From an uncultured Gemmatimonadaceae bacterium (lineage in GTDB: Bacteria > Gemmatimonadota > Gemmatimonadetes > Gemmatimonadales > Gemmatimonadaceae): a stretch of DNA of 64,000 bases. The position numbers and the translations under genes are program-made. Below are positions 31,687 through 42,427 of the stretch, one piece after another. The stretch covers positions 1,536,001-1,600,000 of the forward strand of contig CAVUDW010000003.1 of NCBI GenBank assembly GCA_963740355.1, in the 5' to 3' direction. How positions within the stretch are numbered: the stretch's first letter is position 1; each line of letters begins with the position of its first letter. Under the pieces are notes generated by a model. That model was given only the letters and a program-made list of their open reading frames with translations. It ran no database searches and had not been told where the DNA came from.

Positions 31687-32427
31687 CTACGCGGTGGCGT
31701 CCGGTTCTTTCGTCGTCTTCTTGCGCAGCTTGATGTTGAGCATCTCGGTGATGATCGAGAACGCCATCGCGAAGTAGGTATACCCCTTCGGAATGTGGAA
31801 GCCGGTGCCCTCGGCGACGAGGTTGGTGCCGATCAGGACGAGGAAGGAGAGCGCCAGCATCTTCACCGTGGGGTGTCGATCGACGAACGCACTGATCGGC
31901 GAGGCGGCCAGGAGCATGATGCCGAGCGCGATGATGTTGGCCCCCACCATGATCTCGATATGCGGCACCATGCCCACTGCCGTGATGACCGAGTCGAGAG
32001 AGAACACGATGTCGATCACGGTGATCTGCGCCACGACAGCCCACAGGCCCTTGCCCGAGTCCTTGCTCTTCTTCGCCAGCTCGCTGCGTTCGTCCTCTTC
32101 CAGCTTGTGATGGATTTCGGTGGTCGCCTTGCCGATCAGGAACAGGCCGCCGACGATCAGGATCAGGTCCTTGCCGGTGATCTCGCGTCCCAGCACCGCG
32201 AACAGTGGCGTGGTCAACTTCATGATCCACGTGATGCTGAACAGCAGCGCCATTCGCGACACGAACGCCCCGGCCAGGCCGAGGCGTCGCCCGCGCGGCT
32301 GCTCGTTCACCGGCAGCGAACCCGCCAGGATCGAGATGAAGATGATGTTGTCGATCCCGAGCACGATCTCGAGCAACGTCAGCGTCGCGAGACCGATCAG
32401 GGCGTCGGCGGTGAGCAGGTGCGACAT
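31687..32427 (-). CDS. TerC family membrane protein
   Basis: LEIVLGIDNIIFI, DIVFSLDSVITAVG, HIPKGY. Confidence 0.95.
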   Translation of the reverse strand: MSHLLTADALIGLATLTLLEIVLGIDNIIFISILAGSLPVNEQPRGRRLGLAGAFVSRMALLFSITWIMKLTTPLFAVLGREITGKDLILIVGGLFLIGKATTEIHHKLEEDERSELAKKSKDSGKGLWAVVAQITVIDIVFSLDSVITAVGMVPHIEIMVGANIIALGIMLLAASPISAFVDRHPTVKMLALSFLVLIGTNLVAEGTGFHIPKGYTYFAMAFSIITEMLNIKLRKKTTKEPDATA

Positions 32428-32566
32428 GGCATGCGGGTGGGAGATGAAGCACGCGCGGCATCACCAAAGGGATGACGCCGCGCGAAAATGAAGCTAACGC
32501 AGCTCGCTCAGCGCCCAGAACAGGCCGGGTCTGTCACGAGCAGTGCGGTGCCGCGAAGAACAGGGC

Positions 32567-33382
32567 TCAGGGGCTGGTGCCGGGCACACGCCATTGCGAC
32601 GACGAGAAGAGTCGCGCATCGAGTGCCGTGTTCAGCAGTACCTCGGTGTACTGCTCCTTGAAGAACGGCTGTCCCTCGCGAAGAAACACGATTTCGTGAA
32701 CGACTGGTACACCGCTGAGTACGCGATAGTCACCGAGCCTGAATTCCGTTGAGGGACGCGGTCCTTGCGATGATCCGAGTGCTGCGCGATCGATCACGCG
32801 GTGCACTACCCACGTCTCGGCGTCGACCCAGAACTGTGGCGAGCCAAGGTCGGTCGGGCCCGTCGCGCCCACCACCCACACGGCGCGACCATTCCAGTTG
32901 TCGCGGCGGAGCTTGGTAAGATCGACGCCCAAGCCCGTCAGCTGCCTTACGCTGGTGGTGACCGGCTGCGCGTAGACGTCAGCCGTGAGCACCAACAGGA
33001 TGTTCACCTGAGCGACGGTGCGCGCGAGCTTCCCGCCCTCGAATGAATAGACGTTGCCGTCCGCGTAGATCGCGCCGTTGCCACCGCTCGCGGGCAGGAA
33101 CTCGATCCGCAGCCGGCCCGGCACCAGCATGTATTCCTTCCACTGCGAGCGCTCGGTACGGCCGTTCGCCGCGTAGCGCGTGTTCTCCTGTGTGAACTGC
33201 AGTGTCTGAAACCACTTGCCCTCATACTTCGAGTACATCCGCTGCACGACATCGGTACCGGTGGTCGGCGGTGGCGGCGCGGAGGGACCACCGGACGAAA
33301 GGCTCACGCAGCCTGACGCAGTGAGCGTAGCACCGATCAGCAGTGGGCGGATCAGGCGCTGGAGTGAACGAAGTCGAATCAT
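32567..33382 (-). CDS. Hypothetical lipoprotein (LolA-like fold candidate)
   Basis: Lipobox ASGC; PGRLRIEF; QFWVD. Confidence 0.7.
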   Translation of the reverse strand: MIRLRSLQRLIRPLLIGATLTASGCVSLSSGGPSAPPPPTTGTDVVQRMYSKYEGKWFQTLQFTQENTRYAANGRTERSQWKEYMLVPGRLRIEFLPASGGNGAIYADGNVYSFEGGKLARTVAQVNILLVLTADVYAQPVTTSVRQLTGLGVDLTKLRRDNWNGRAVWVVGATGPTDLGSPQFWVDAETWVVHRVIDRAALGSSQGPRPSTEFRLGDYRVLSGVPVVHEIVFLREGQPFFKEQYTEVLLNTALDARLFSSSQWRVPGTSP

Positions 33383-34521
33383 GAAGAAAAGAGGTGAGAG
33401 ACTGCTGCGAGAATGCCGACCGACGCGGCACCGAGCAAGAGCATCGTGGCAGACCATCGCACCAGCAGCACCAATGCGGCCGCGAGCAGACAGACCGGCC
33501 ACTGCCACGGTAGCATCGGCCACGCGAAACCAACCACCGCGCGGCCGAGCAGCGCCACGCTCGCGAGTACTACGCCGTCGAGTGCGGCACGTGTCAGTCT
33601 CGATCGTTGCACGAGCCGTCGCACCGGCTCACCTGCCAACGGGCTGAGAAACGCAGGCAGGAAAATTCCGACCGTCGCTGCCAGCGCACCGATGTGCCCG
33701 CCGATCGAGAACCCGGCGGCGGTCGCAGTCGTGAACAGGGGCCCCGGGGTCACCTGCGCCAGTGCCGATGCCTGTGTCAGCGCCCCCAGACCAAGCCACC
33801 CTCGCTCGCCCACGAGATCCTTCTGCAGCCACGCAAACAACACGTAGCCACTGCCGAAGACACTCACGCCAGCGCGCAGGAAGTAGAGGAAGATCTCCAG
33901 CGCATCGGGTGTCGCAGAGTGCGCCGGCGGCACCAACTGCGCCCAGACAGTGCCGGCGCCAAGGAGCGTCATCGAGGCGACCGCCACACTGCGCACTATT
34001 CCCTTGCCGCCGCTCGCCGCGAGCATCGAAGCCACGGCGCCAACAACCAAAACCGCCAAGTCGGACGGCAGCAGCGCAGCGGCGATGGCCGTGACCGGAA
34101 TCACCACCCAGGCAGCGGGGCGCTCCGAGGCCTGTCGGCCAAATTTCCAGAGCGCCTCGACCAGCACAGCGACCACCACCGGCGTGAGCCAGAGCAGCAC
34201 CGACGACACGATCGGCGCGACGGCCGGCCCGCTCACCAGCACCGACAGCAGCCAGACCAGCAGTGCACTTGGCCCCACAAAACAGAGTCCGGCCACGATC
34301 GCGCCGCGCCAGCCGGCCTGCGCGTGACCAACGTGGATCGCCAGTTCGGTGGAGTTCGGCCCTGGCAGCAGCTGGACCACGCCCAGATGATCGAGAAACT
34401 CGGCACGGGTCATCCAGCCGCGGCGTGTCACCACTTCGGCCTCCATCACGGCCACGTGGGCCGCTGGACCGCCAAATGCGCTCACGCCAAGGCGCAGAAA
34501 CAGACGTGCGATCTCTTGCAC
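33379..34521 (-). CDS. chrA: Chromate efflux transporter (CHR family)
   Basis: [33 protein letters not shown]; start approximate. Confidence 0.9.
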   Translation of the reverse strand: MQEIARLFLRLGVSAFGGPAAHVAVMEAEVVTRRGWMTRAEFLDHLGVVQLLPGPNSTELAIHVGHAQAGWRGAIVAGLCFVGPSALLVWLLSVLVSGPAVAPIVSSVLLWLTPVVVAVLVEALWKFGRQASERPAAWVVIPVTAIAAALLPSDLAVLVVGAVASMLAASGGKGIVRSVAVASMTLLGAGTVWAQLVPPAHSATPDALEIFLYFLRAGVSVFGSGYVLFAWLQKDLVGERGWLGLGALTQASALAQVTPGPLFTTATAAGFSIGGHIGALAATVGIFLPAFLSPLAGEPVRRLVQRSRLTRAALDGVVLASVALLGRAVVGFAWPMLPWQWPVCLLAAALVLLVRWSATMLLLGAASVGILAAVSHLFSS

Positions 34522-34573
34522 CGTCCCGCGACTGTTTCCGGGGCCGTCCGGGGCCGTTAGCCTTGAACCTACG

Positions 34574-35308
34574 ATGTCATCACTCACGCACTCACCCGCT
34601 CCGCGACCGGCCGTCGTGCTGCTCAGCGGTGGACTCGATTCCACCACCGTCCTCGCCCATGCTATCGCCGAGGGCTTCGCCGCGCATGCGCTGACCTTTC
34701 GCTACGGCCAGCGCCACCAGCACGAAATCGTGGCCGCCCAGCGCATCGCCACCACCCTGGGCGCCAGCGGGCACGCGATCCTCGACATCAACCTGCGCGG
34801 TTTCGGCGGTTCAGCGCTCACCGACGCGTCGATCGAGGTGCCGAAGGACCGGAGCGCCGACGACCTCTCACATGGCATCCCGGTGACGTACGTGCCGGCG
34901 CGCAACACGATCTTCCTCTCGTTCGCGCTCGCCTACGCCGAAGTGCTCGGCGCCAGCGACATCTTCATCGGCGTGAATGCGCTCGACTACTCCGGCTATC
35001 CCGATTGCCGGCCCGAGTTCATCAGCGCCTTCGAAACGCTTGCCAACCTTGCCACGGCGTCCGCGGTGGAGGGGCGCACACGGGTCAAGATTCGCGCGCC
35101 GCTGCAGCAGATGACGAAGAAGCAGATCGTGGAGTTCGGCGTCAGCCTTGGCGTCGACTACACGGCGACCATCAGCTGCTACGACCCGTCGGACGATGGT
35201 GCGGCGTGCGGGCATTGCGACGCCTGCCAGTTGCGGCACAAGGGTTTTCGCGAGGCGGGGGTGACGGACCCGACACGCTACTCCGTGTTGCCGGCCGAGC
35301 TCACCTGA
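34574..35308 (+). CDS. queC: 7-cyano-7-deazaguanine synthase
   Basis: [39 protein letters not shown]. Confidence 0.97.
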   Translation: MSSLTHSPAPRPAVVLLSGGLDSTTVLAHAIAEGFAAHALTFRYGQRHQHEIVAAQRIATTLGASGHAILDINLRGFGGSALTDASIEVPKDRSADDLSHGIPVTYVPARNTIFLSFALAYAEVLGASDIFIGVNALDYSGYPDCRPEFISAFETLANLATASAVEGRTRVKIRAPLQQMTKKQIVEFGVSLGVDYTATISCYDPSDDGAACGHCDACQLRHKGFREAGVTDPTRYSVLPAELT

Positions 35309-35952
35309 TGTCGTACGCGGTGAAGGAGTGCTTCTACACGCTGCAGGGCGAGGGCGCGCAGAGTGGGCGGCCGGCGGTGTTTCTGCGCTTTGCCGGCTGC
35401 AACCTGTGGACCGGCCGTGAGGCAGATCGTGCGACGGCCGTCTGCAAATTCTGCGATACCGACTTCGTCGGCATCGGGCCCGATGGCGGCAAGTTCGCCG
35501 ATGCCGCGGCGCTGGCAGCACATGTCGATGCACGGTGGCCGGCCAACGCGTCGCCGCGCGCGCGCAAGCTGGTGGTGTGCACGGGCGGTGAACCGTTGCT
35601 ACAGCTGGATGAAGCGGCGATCGACGCGTTGCACGCGCGCGGATTCGAAGTGGCCGTCGAGACCAATGGCACGCAGCCCGCACCACGCGGGCTCGATCAC
35701 ATCTGCGTCAGCCCGAAAGCCAACGCCCCGCTGGTGCTGACGCACGGCACGGAGTTGAAGCTGGTGTATCCGCAGCTGGAAGCCGATGCCCAGCCGGAGC
35801 GCTTCGCCGATCTCGATTTTGAGCAGTTCCGTCTGCAGCCGATGGATGGACCGAACGCCGAAGCGAACACGCGCGCGGCGCTCGCCTATTGCCTCGCACA
35901 TCCGCAATGGCGCCTGAGCCTGCAGACACACAAATGGCTGGAGATTCGATGA
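35308..35952 (+). CDS. queE: 7-carboxy-7-deazaguanine synthase (CX14CX2C type)
   Basis: [48 protein letters not shown]. Confidence 0.96.
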   Translation: MSYAVKECFYTLQGEGAQSGRPAVFLRFAGCNLWTGREADRATAVCKFCDTDFVGIGPDGGKFADAAALAAHVDARWPANASPRARKLVVCTGGEPLLQLDEAAIDALHARGFEVAVETNGTQPAPRGLDHICVSPKANAPLVLTHGTELKLVYPQLEADAQPERFADLDFEQFRLQPMDGPNAEANTRAALAYCLAHPQWRLSLQTHKWLEIR

Positions 35953-36338
35953 GTACAGCAGGCCAACCCAGTGGGCACATCGTCGAGTTGCACCGCGACG
36001 TCACGTTCGAGGCGGCGCACCGGCTGCCGAACGTGCCCGAGGGGCACAAGTGTGCACGCTTGCACGGGCATTCCTTTCGCATTCGCCTCGTTGTGCGCGG
36101 GCCGGTCGATGCGCACACCGGCTGGCTGATGGACTTCGGCGAGATCAAGGCCGCCTGGGCCCCGCTCGACGCGCAGCTCGATCATTTCTACCTGAACGAC
36201 ATCACCGGCCTCGAGAATCCCACCAGCGAAGTGTTGGCGAAGTGGATCTGGGATCGCCTGATCGTGACGCTGCCGCAACTGAGTGCGGTGCAGGTGCACG
36301 AGACCTGCACGTCGGGGTGTGTGTACCGCGGGGAGTGA
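35949..36338 (+). CDS. queD: 6-carboxytetrahydropterin synthase
   Basis: [30 protein letters not shown]. Confidence 0.96.
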   Translation: MSTAGQPSGHIVELHRDVTFEAAHRLPNVPEGHKCARLHGHSFRIRLVVRGPVDAHTGWLMDFGEIKAAWAPLDAQLDHFYLNDITGLENPTSEVLAKWIWDRLIVTLPQLSAVQVHETCTSGCVYRGE

Positions 36339-36345
36339 CCCCTGC

Positions 36346-36721
36346 CCTCCGATCAAGGGGTCGGAGATCTTGATCGGAGAATTTCGGGCGTAACCCGTTG
36401 ACCGGCATCGGCTTGGCCTCCGATCAAGGGGTCAGAGATCTTGATCAATCAATGGGTCAGAGATCTTGGTCGGCGAATTTTGGGCGTAACCCGTTGACGG
36501 GCATCGACTTGGCCTCCGATCAAGGGGTCAGAGATCTTGATCAATCAAGGGGTCAGAGATCTTGATCGGCGAATTTCGGGCGTAACCCGTTGACCGGCAT
36601 CGACTTGGCCTCCGATCAAGGGGTCAGAGATCTTGATCGGCGAATTTCGGGCGTAACCCGTTGACGGGCATCGGCTTGGCCTCCGATCAAGGGGTCAGAC
36701 CCCTTGATCGAGATCTCGATC
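36346..36721. repeat. REP/BIME-like composite tandem array
   Basis: Seven copies or variants of GATCAAGGGGTCAGAGATCTTGATC, separated by four near-identical ~46-bp linkers. Confidence 0.92.
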
Positions 36722-36764
36722 AGCTGATGGCTTCGCGACACGGATACCGCCCGCCTGTCGCCAC

Positions 36765-39311
36765 TTACGCGATCTTCTTCTCCAACCGCGTCTGCCACGA
36801 CGCCGCCTCGGCCGGCTTACCCCACATCCGGTACAACGCCACCAGGCGCTTGCGCTGGTCGGCCACGGGACCGCTCTCCACCCCCCGCGCCTCACGCACC
36901 CGCGCCTCGGCCGAGAGCAGCAACTTCTCCGCCTCGGCATAGCGACCATCGAGTGCAATCACCTCGCCCAGCGCGCCATCCGTCGACGCCAGCAACCAGT
37001 GGCCCGCAGGCAGGCTCTTCTCGCGCAACGCACGCGCCTCACGGACCAACAACTCGCCCGCCTTGGCGGAATCCAAGTGCGCCAGGGCACGGCCGAGGTG
37101 CATCAGGCAGCCCTGCACCGGATAACTCGACTCCTCCAGCGACGTACCGCGCAGCGCGAGGATCTCGCGCGCCATCGTCGCCGCGTCGCGCCACTTCTCG
37201 CTCCGAATCAGGTGATCGGTGTAGTTGACACCGCTCACCGCGTAACTGATGTGCGTCGGACCAAGGATGCGGCGCTTGATGGCCAACGTTGCCAGGTACG
37301 CGGCCGTCGACTCGTCCATCCGATTCTGCATCTCGAGAATCCCGGCACGAATCGAATACGCGTTGGCCACCATCGGATGGTTCATCCCATGTGCGCGCTT
37401 CGCCGTCTCGATGCTCAGCAACGAAAAGGTGTCGGCCGCGGCCAGCTCGCCGGCCTCAGAAAAGATCACTGCCGCATTGGCAAAGGACGGAGCGCGCGCA
37501 GAATCATCCGCTGCGAAATAGCGCGCGCCGAGTGCCAGCGACTTGCGCATCTGCGACAGCGCCTCGGGCACACGACCCAGCTGGTACAGCACGCGCGCGC
37601 GATTTTCGATCGCGGTGCTCTCCTCACGCCGATCGGGATGCGGGAAGCGCGCATACATCAATTCGGCGACACGCAGCAGCGAGTCCGCCGCCGCCATGTT
37701 GCCGCGCGTTTCCTCTACGAGTGATAGCTGCGAGTACGTCACCGCTGCCCCATAACTCCCACCCGGGGCCAACCGGCGATGCGCTTCGAGGTCGAGTTCG
37801 AACTGCTTCTGTGCGATGTCGAGCTCACCCAGTGCGAGATAGGCACCACCCATGATGCCGCGGATCTCCGTCGCCAGCTCCGGTGACAACTTCGACGAGT
37901 CCGCGCGCAACACGGCGGAATCGAGCACCGTGCGCATCGTGACGTCCTTCCCGAACGATTCCGGGTTGGACGAATTGAGCATCGAGGTGAGGAATGACGT
38001 CACCTCGGTAGCACGCGCACTCTGTGCGGTCGCCACCACCCGCTGCGCCTCGGCACGACGCGCCTGCAACACGGCCGCCGCCGTGCCACCAATCAGCGAG
38101 AATGCCGCTACCGCCGCCGCGATCACCTCGAGCTTTCGACGACGCACCAGCTTGCGTACCCGGTAGCCCAGGCTGTCCGGACGTGCCTGCACCGGCTGCT
38201 GTTCGAGATGCTGCGTCACATCACGCGCCAGCGCGTCGACCGACGGATAGCGACGCTCGGGTTCCTTGCGCAGCGCCATCAGTGCGATCGCGTCGAGGTC
38301 GCCCTCGATGCGCTTGCGCGCGCGCGCAGCGGACCGCTCGCTGAGCACACGCCAGCGATTGACACCCAGCACACTGCTCGGGCGTGGGGCCGCCTGGTCG
38401 CAGACGATGCGCTCGATCTCGGCTAGCGACTTCCCCGTCAGGTCGAACGGGCGCTGGCCTGCCAGCAGTTCGAACAACACCACACCGAGCGCGTAGACGT
38501 CGGCCGTCGTGTCCACCGGCGTACCGCGGAGTTGCTCCGGTGCCGCGTACTCCGGCGTGAAGGCGCGATGCCCGTATTGCGTTGCGGTCGGCAGGTCCGG
38601 CACCTGCTCGTCGCGCATCAGCTTCGCAATGCCGAAGTCGAGCAGCTTCACCGTGCCGTCGGTGGTGACGAGGATGTTGCCCGGCTTGAGGTCGCGATGC
38701 ACGATCAGCTTCTGGTGCGCCGCGCGTACCGCCGCACACACCTGTCCGAAGAGCGCGAGGCGCGCCTCGACCGAGAGGCTGCGACCGTCACACCAGCGCG
38801 TGATCGGCTCGCCCTCGATGTACTCCATCACGAAGTACGGCAGTCCATCGGGCGTCATTCCCCCATCGACCAGCGACGCGATGTTCGGATGGTGCAAGCT
38901 GGCGAGCATCTGTCGCTCGGCCCGGAAGCGTCGCACGGCCACGCCGCCTTCCGTGGCGCGGCTGAGGAACTTCACGGCCACTCGCTGCCGGTATTGGTCA
39001 TCGGCGCGAATCGCCTCGTGCACCGTCCCCATGCCGCCCGATCCGATCTGCCGACCGATCTCGTAGGCACCCAATCGCGCACCAACCCAGCGTTCACTAA
39101 GATCCCGATCCTGACGCAGCGGGCTCGCGAAAACAGAATCGCTCAGTGCATGCGCTGAGAGCAGGGCGCGCAGTTCCGCCGCCAGTGCTGGGTCGTGTGA
39201 CGTGCTTTCATCGATGAACGACTCACGCGACGTCTCGGGCAGCCCGAGCGCCGCATCGAACAGCGACTCGAGGAGAGCGAGCCGCGTGGGGGTCATCGGT
39301 GCTTCAGCCAT
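36765..39311 (-). CDS. Membrane Ser/Thr protein kinase with C-terminal TPRs
   Basis: IGSGGMG, VAVK, HRDLKPGN, DFG, TPEYAAPEQ; TM helix; TPR repeats. Confidence 0.96.
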   Translation of the reverse strand: MAEAPMTPTRLALLESLFDAALGLPETSRESFIDESTSHDPALAAELRALLSAHALSDSVFASPLRQDRDLSERWVGARLGAYEIGRQIGSGGMGTVHEAIRADDQYRQRVAVKFLSRATEGGVAVRRFRAERQMLASLHHPNIASLVDGGMTPDGLPYFVMEYIEGEPITRWCDGRSLSVEARLALFGQVCAAVRAAHQKLIVHRDLKPGNILVTTDGTVKLLDFGIAKLMRDEQVPDLPTATQYGHRAFTPEYAAPEQLRGTPVDTTADVYALGVVLFELLAGQRPFDLTGKSLAEIERIVCDQAAPRPSSVLGVNRWRVLSERSAARARKRIEGDLDAIALMALRKEPERRYPSVDALARDVTQHLEQQPVQARPDSLGYRVRKLVRRRKLEVIAAAVAAFSLIGGTAAAVLQARRAEAQRVVATAQSARATEVTSFLTSMLNSSNPESFGKDVTMRTVLDSAVLRADSSKLSPELATEIRGIMGGAYLALGELDIAQKQFELDLEAHRRLAPGGSYGAAVTYSQLSLVEETRGNMAAADSLLRVAELMYARFPHPDRREESTAIENRARVLYQLGRVPEALSQMRKSLALGARYFAADDSARAPSFANAAVIFSEAGELAAADTFSLLSIETAKRAHGMNHPMVANAYSIRAGILEMQNRMDESTAAYLATLAIKRRILGPTHISYAVSGVNYTDHLIRSEKWRDAATMAREILALRGTSLEESSYPVQGCLMHLGRALAHLDSAKAGELLVREARALREKSLPAGHWLLASTDGALGEVIALDGRYAEAEKLLLSAEARVREARGVESGPVADQRKRLVALYRMWGKPAEAASWQTRLEKKIA

Positions 39312-39314
39312 GCG

Positions 39315-39881
39315 TCACACCGCCTCGAGCGTCTTCAAGAGGAAGGCCCTCGCGAATGTCCAGTCACGCTTCACCGTCGCTGGCGAGACATCGAGCGCAA
39401 TCGCCGTCTCCTCGATGTCGAGTCCACCGAAGAAGCGCAGCTCCACCACCCGCGCCTGACGCGGCGCCATCGCTTCCAGTTGCTGCATGGCGTCGTCGAG
39501 CGCGATCAGGTCGAGTGAGCGCCCAGGTGCTTCTGCAACACCTTCGTCCAGCGTCACGCGCACGCCATGATCGCGCTTGATGCGTCGGCGCTGTCGTGCA
39601 TGATCGACGAGGATGCGCCGAATCATCTGCGACGCGACGGCATAGAACTGCGAGCGATTCGTCCACGAAGCCTGACGCTGGCCGAGCAGGCGCATCAGCG
39701 CCTCATCCACCAACTCCGTGGGTTGCAGCGTGTGCCCGTCGACTTCGCGACGCATGGCGCTTTCCGCGATGCGGTGCAACTCCGCCATCACCACGGCCGC
39801 CAGGCGATCTGCCGCGCCGGGCACGCCGGCACTCAGGTCGGCCAGCAACACGGTGACGTCAGAGTGTCCTGCATCGGTCAT
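39315..39881 (-). CDS. ECF sigma factor (TIGR02999-like, kinase-associated)
   Basis: HTLQPTELVDEA, RRILVDHAR, VVELRFFGGL, ATVKRDW. Confidence 0.93.
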   Translation of the reverse strand: MTDAGHSDVTVLLADLSAGVPGAADRLAAVVMAELHRIAESAMRREVDGHTLQPTELVDEALMRLLGQRQASWTNRSQFYAVASQMIRRILVDHARQRRRIKRDHGVRVTLDEGVAEAPGRSLDLIALDDAMQQLEAMAPRQARVVELRFFGGLDIEETAIALDVSPATVKRDWTFARAFLLKTLEAV

Positions 39882-40054
39882 CCGGTGCTGCCTCCAGGTG
39901 CGGTGAGCCAACCAGACCGTGATGCCGATCCCGGATCTACATTAAGAGATACTCAGCAGTCTCGGCCGGGGCCATATCCCCCGCGTGATTTCCGTCGCAT
40001 CATTCCGTCTGCGACTCGCTCCTGAGCCGCGCCGACCAATCGCCGGAGACTCCC

Positions 40055-42118
40055 ATGCGTCGTGACACATCACAACTCCTGACAGCAAGCCTGCTCCTGC
40101 TTGCCGTCACGAGCACCATCCCAGCTCAGCAAACGGGCGCACCGCCGGCCAGCCGAAAAGTCACGGTCGCCGACTACCTCGAGTGGGAGGATGTTGGCGA
40201 TCCGCAGCTCTCGCCCGACGGCAAGCAGATCGCATTCACGCGGCGCAGCGTCGACAAGGTGAACGACAAGTGGGACACCGCGATCTGGGTGATGAACGCC
40301 GACGGCACACGGCAGCACAGCGTGGTCGCCGGTTCGGCACCTCGTTGGTCGCCCGATGGCAGCCGACTGCTCTACATCGCAACGGGCCAGCCCAGCGGCA
40401 TGCAACTCTGGGTGCGCTTCATGGATGGCGACGGAGGCACGACGCAGCTCACGCGATTGACCGAGGCGCCGACCGAACCAGAATGGGCGCCCGACGGAAC
40501 GCAGATCGCCTTCCGCATGAACGTGCCGACCAAGGAATCGTGGAACATCGCGCTCCCCGCGGCACCGAAGGGCGCCAAGTGGACGGACGCACCGCGCATC
40601 GTGCAGCGCCTCAACTATCGCTCCGATCGCGTCGGGTTCACCGATGATGGCTACCAGCACCTGTTCGTGATGTCCGCTGACGGCGGCCAGGCGCGACAGG
40701 TGACCAACGGCAACTGGAACCACAGTGCCGCACGATGGACGCCCGACAGCAAGGCGCTGCTGTTCAGCAGCCTCCGCACGCCGGATTCGGAAGGGGCGTG
40801 GCGTGAGTCAGAGATCTATCGCGCCGACATCAGCTCCGGCACGATCAGCGCGCTCACCCGTCGCAAGGGTCCTGACAACAACCCCGTCGCATCGCCCGAT
40901 GGCAAGCTGATCGCGTACACCGGATACGACTCCACCGATGCCACGTGGAAGGACGCAACGATCTACCTGATGAGCAGTGACGGTAGCAACCCGCGCGCGC
41001 TGAACGCCGCACTCGATCGTTCACCGCAGGGCATGATGTGGGCGCCTGATGGCAGCGGCGTGTACTACAACGTCGAGAACGAAGGCTACCGTCACCTGTA
41101 CTTCACATCGACCGCAGGACAGACGCGGCAGATCACGACGGGCAAGCAGGTGCTCAGCGTCACCGACGTCGATCGCCTCGGCAACATGGTCGGCATCCAG
41201 TCCACCGAGATGCAGCCCAACGACATCGTGCGCTTCAACGTGCGCACACCGGCCACCATCACGCGCCTCACGCACGTGAATGACGACGTGCTGGCCGGCA
41301 AGGAACTCGGTCGCACCGAAGAGATCTGGCTCACCAGCGTCGACGGATTCCGCATCCAGGGCTGGATCGTCAAGCCGGCCGACTTCGACCCGGCAAAGAA
41401 GTATCCGTTGATGCTCGAGATTCACGGCGGCCCACATGCCATGTACAACGGCGCCTTCAACATCTCGCGCCAGGATCACGTCGCCAACGGCTACGTGCTG
41501 CTCTACACCAACCCGCGCGGCTCCACCGGCTACGGCAGTGCATTCGGCAACGCGATCAAGAATGCCTATCCGGGCAAGGATTACGATGACCTGATGGCGT
41601 CGGTCGACACGGTCATCAATCGCGGCTACGTCGACACCAAGCGCATGTACGTCTTCGGCTGCTCCGGTGGTGGTGTCCTCACCTCGTGGATCGTGGGCCA
41701 CACCAATCGATTCGCCGCTGCCAGCGCCAACTGCCCGGTGATCGACTGGTTGAGCTTCGTCGGCACCACCGACGGCGCGAGCTGGTACCGCAACTTCGCG
41801 CAACTGCCGTGGGTCGATCCGTCCGAGCACCTGCGCCGTTCACCGCTGATGTACGTCGGCAACGTGAAGACCCCCACGATGCTGATGACGGGCGTGCTCG
41901 ACCTGCGCACCCCGATGCCGCAGACGGAGGAGTTCTACTCGGCCCTCAAGATGATGAAGGTCCCGACCGCCATGATCCGCTTCAACGAAGAGTGGCATGG
42001 CACCTCGTCCAAGCCGTCGAACTGGATGCGGACGCAACTCTACATGCGGAGCTGGTTCGACAAGTGGCCGGCGACGCAGACCACATCATCGCGCGACGGA
42101 CTGCGCGGACAGCAGTAA
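40055..42118 (+). CDS. S9 family peptidase (acylaminoacyl/dipeptidyl peptidase)
   Basis: Signal peptide; PD40 repeats; HGGPH, NPRGSTGYG, GCSGGG, DLRTP, WHG. Confidence 0.95.
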   Translation: MRRDTSQLLTASLLLLAVTSTIPAQQTGAPPASRKVTVADYLEWEDVGDPQLSPDGKQIAFTRRSVDKVNDKWDTAIWVMNADGTRQHSVVAGSAPRWSPDGSRLLYIATGQPSGMQLWVRFMDGDGGTTQLTRLTEAPTEPEWAPDGTQIAFRMNVPTKESWNIALPAAPKGAKWTDAPRIVQRLNYRSDRVGFTDDGYQHLFVMSADGGQARQVTNGNWNHSAARWTPDSKALLFSSLRTPDSEGAWRESEIYRADISSGTISALTRRKGPDNNPVASPDGKLIAYTGYDSTDATWKDATIYLMSSDGSNPRALNAALDRSPQGMMWAPDGSGVYYNVENEGYRHLYFTSTAGQTRQITTGKQVLSVTDVDRLGNMVGIQSTEMQPNDIVRFNVRTPATITRLTHVNDDVLAGKELGRTEEIWLTSVDGFRIQGWIVKPADFDPAKKYPLMLEIHGGPHAMYNGAFNISRQDHVANGYVLLYTNPRGSTGYGSAFGNAIKNAYPGKDYDDLMASVDTVINRGYVDTKRMYVFGCSGGGVLTSWIVGHTNRFAAASANCPVIDWLSFVGTTDGASWYRNFAQLPWVDPSEHLRRSPLMYVGNVKTPTMLMTGVLDLRTPMPQTEEFYSALKMMKVPTAMIRFNEEWHGTSSKPSNWMRTQLYMRSWFDKWPATQTTSSRDGLRGQQ

Positions 42119-42123
42119 GCGGG

Positions 42124-42306
42124 ATGGAAATTCGCTGCGGTGACTGCTCGGCCGTACTCCCGGATGGCGCCGCGAGTTGCCCCGCCTGCGGACGCACGCT
42201 CGGCTCGGCACCGAAAGGAAAGCGGCCGAAGTTGCTGATCTGGGCGGTGGTCGCCGCAGCGGTCGAGGTCGCCCTCACGCTAGTGGTGATGCGAGGGTGT
42301 CGGTGA
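42124..42306 (+). CDS. Small zinc-ribbon membrane protein
   Basis: CGDC...CPACG followed by a TM helix. Confidence 0.6.
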   Translation: MEIRCGDCSAVLPDGAASCPACGRTLGSAPKGKRPKLLIWAVVAAAVEVALTLVVMRGCR

Positions 42307-42427
42307 CGACCGGTCTGGGGGGTGCAACGGAAGGGCCCCCCGGATCGTCCCTGCTCCAGCACCCTCTGACTGACACAATCAGACGGGTTTGGCGTAGAAT
42401 GTCAGTCACCCTTTTCACGGAGTTCCG

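Noticed and set aside
34574..36338. 7-deazaguanine DNA-modification (dpd) island or preQ1 riboswitch
   Set aside because: No dpdA/tgt-like gene nearby and no room or motif for a riboswitch upstream; an ordinary queuosine precursor operon
36346..36721. CRISPR array
   Set aside because: The spacers are near-identical to each other, some units are directly doubled, and there are no cas genes or leader
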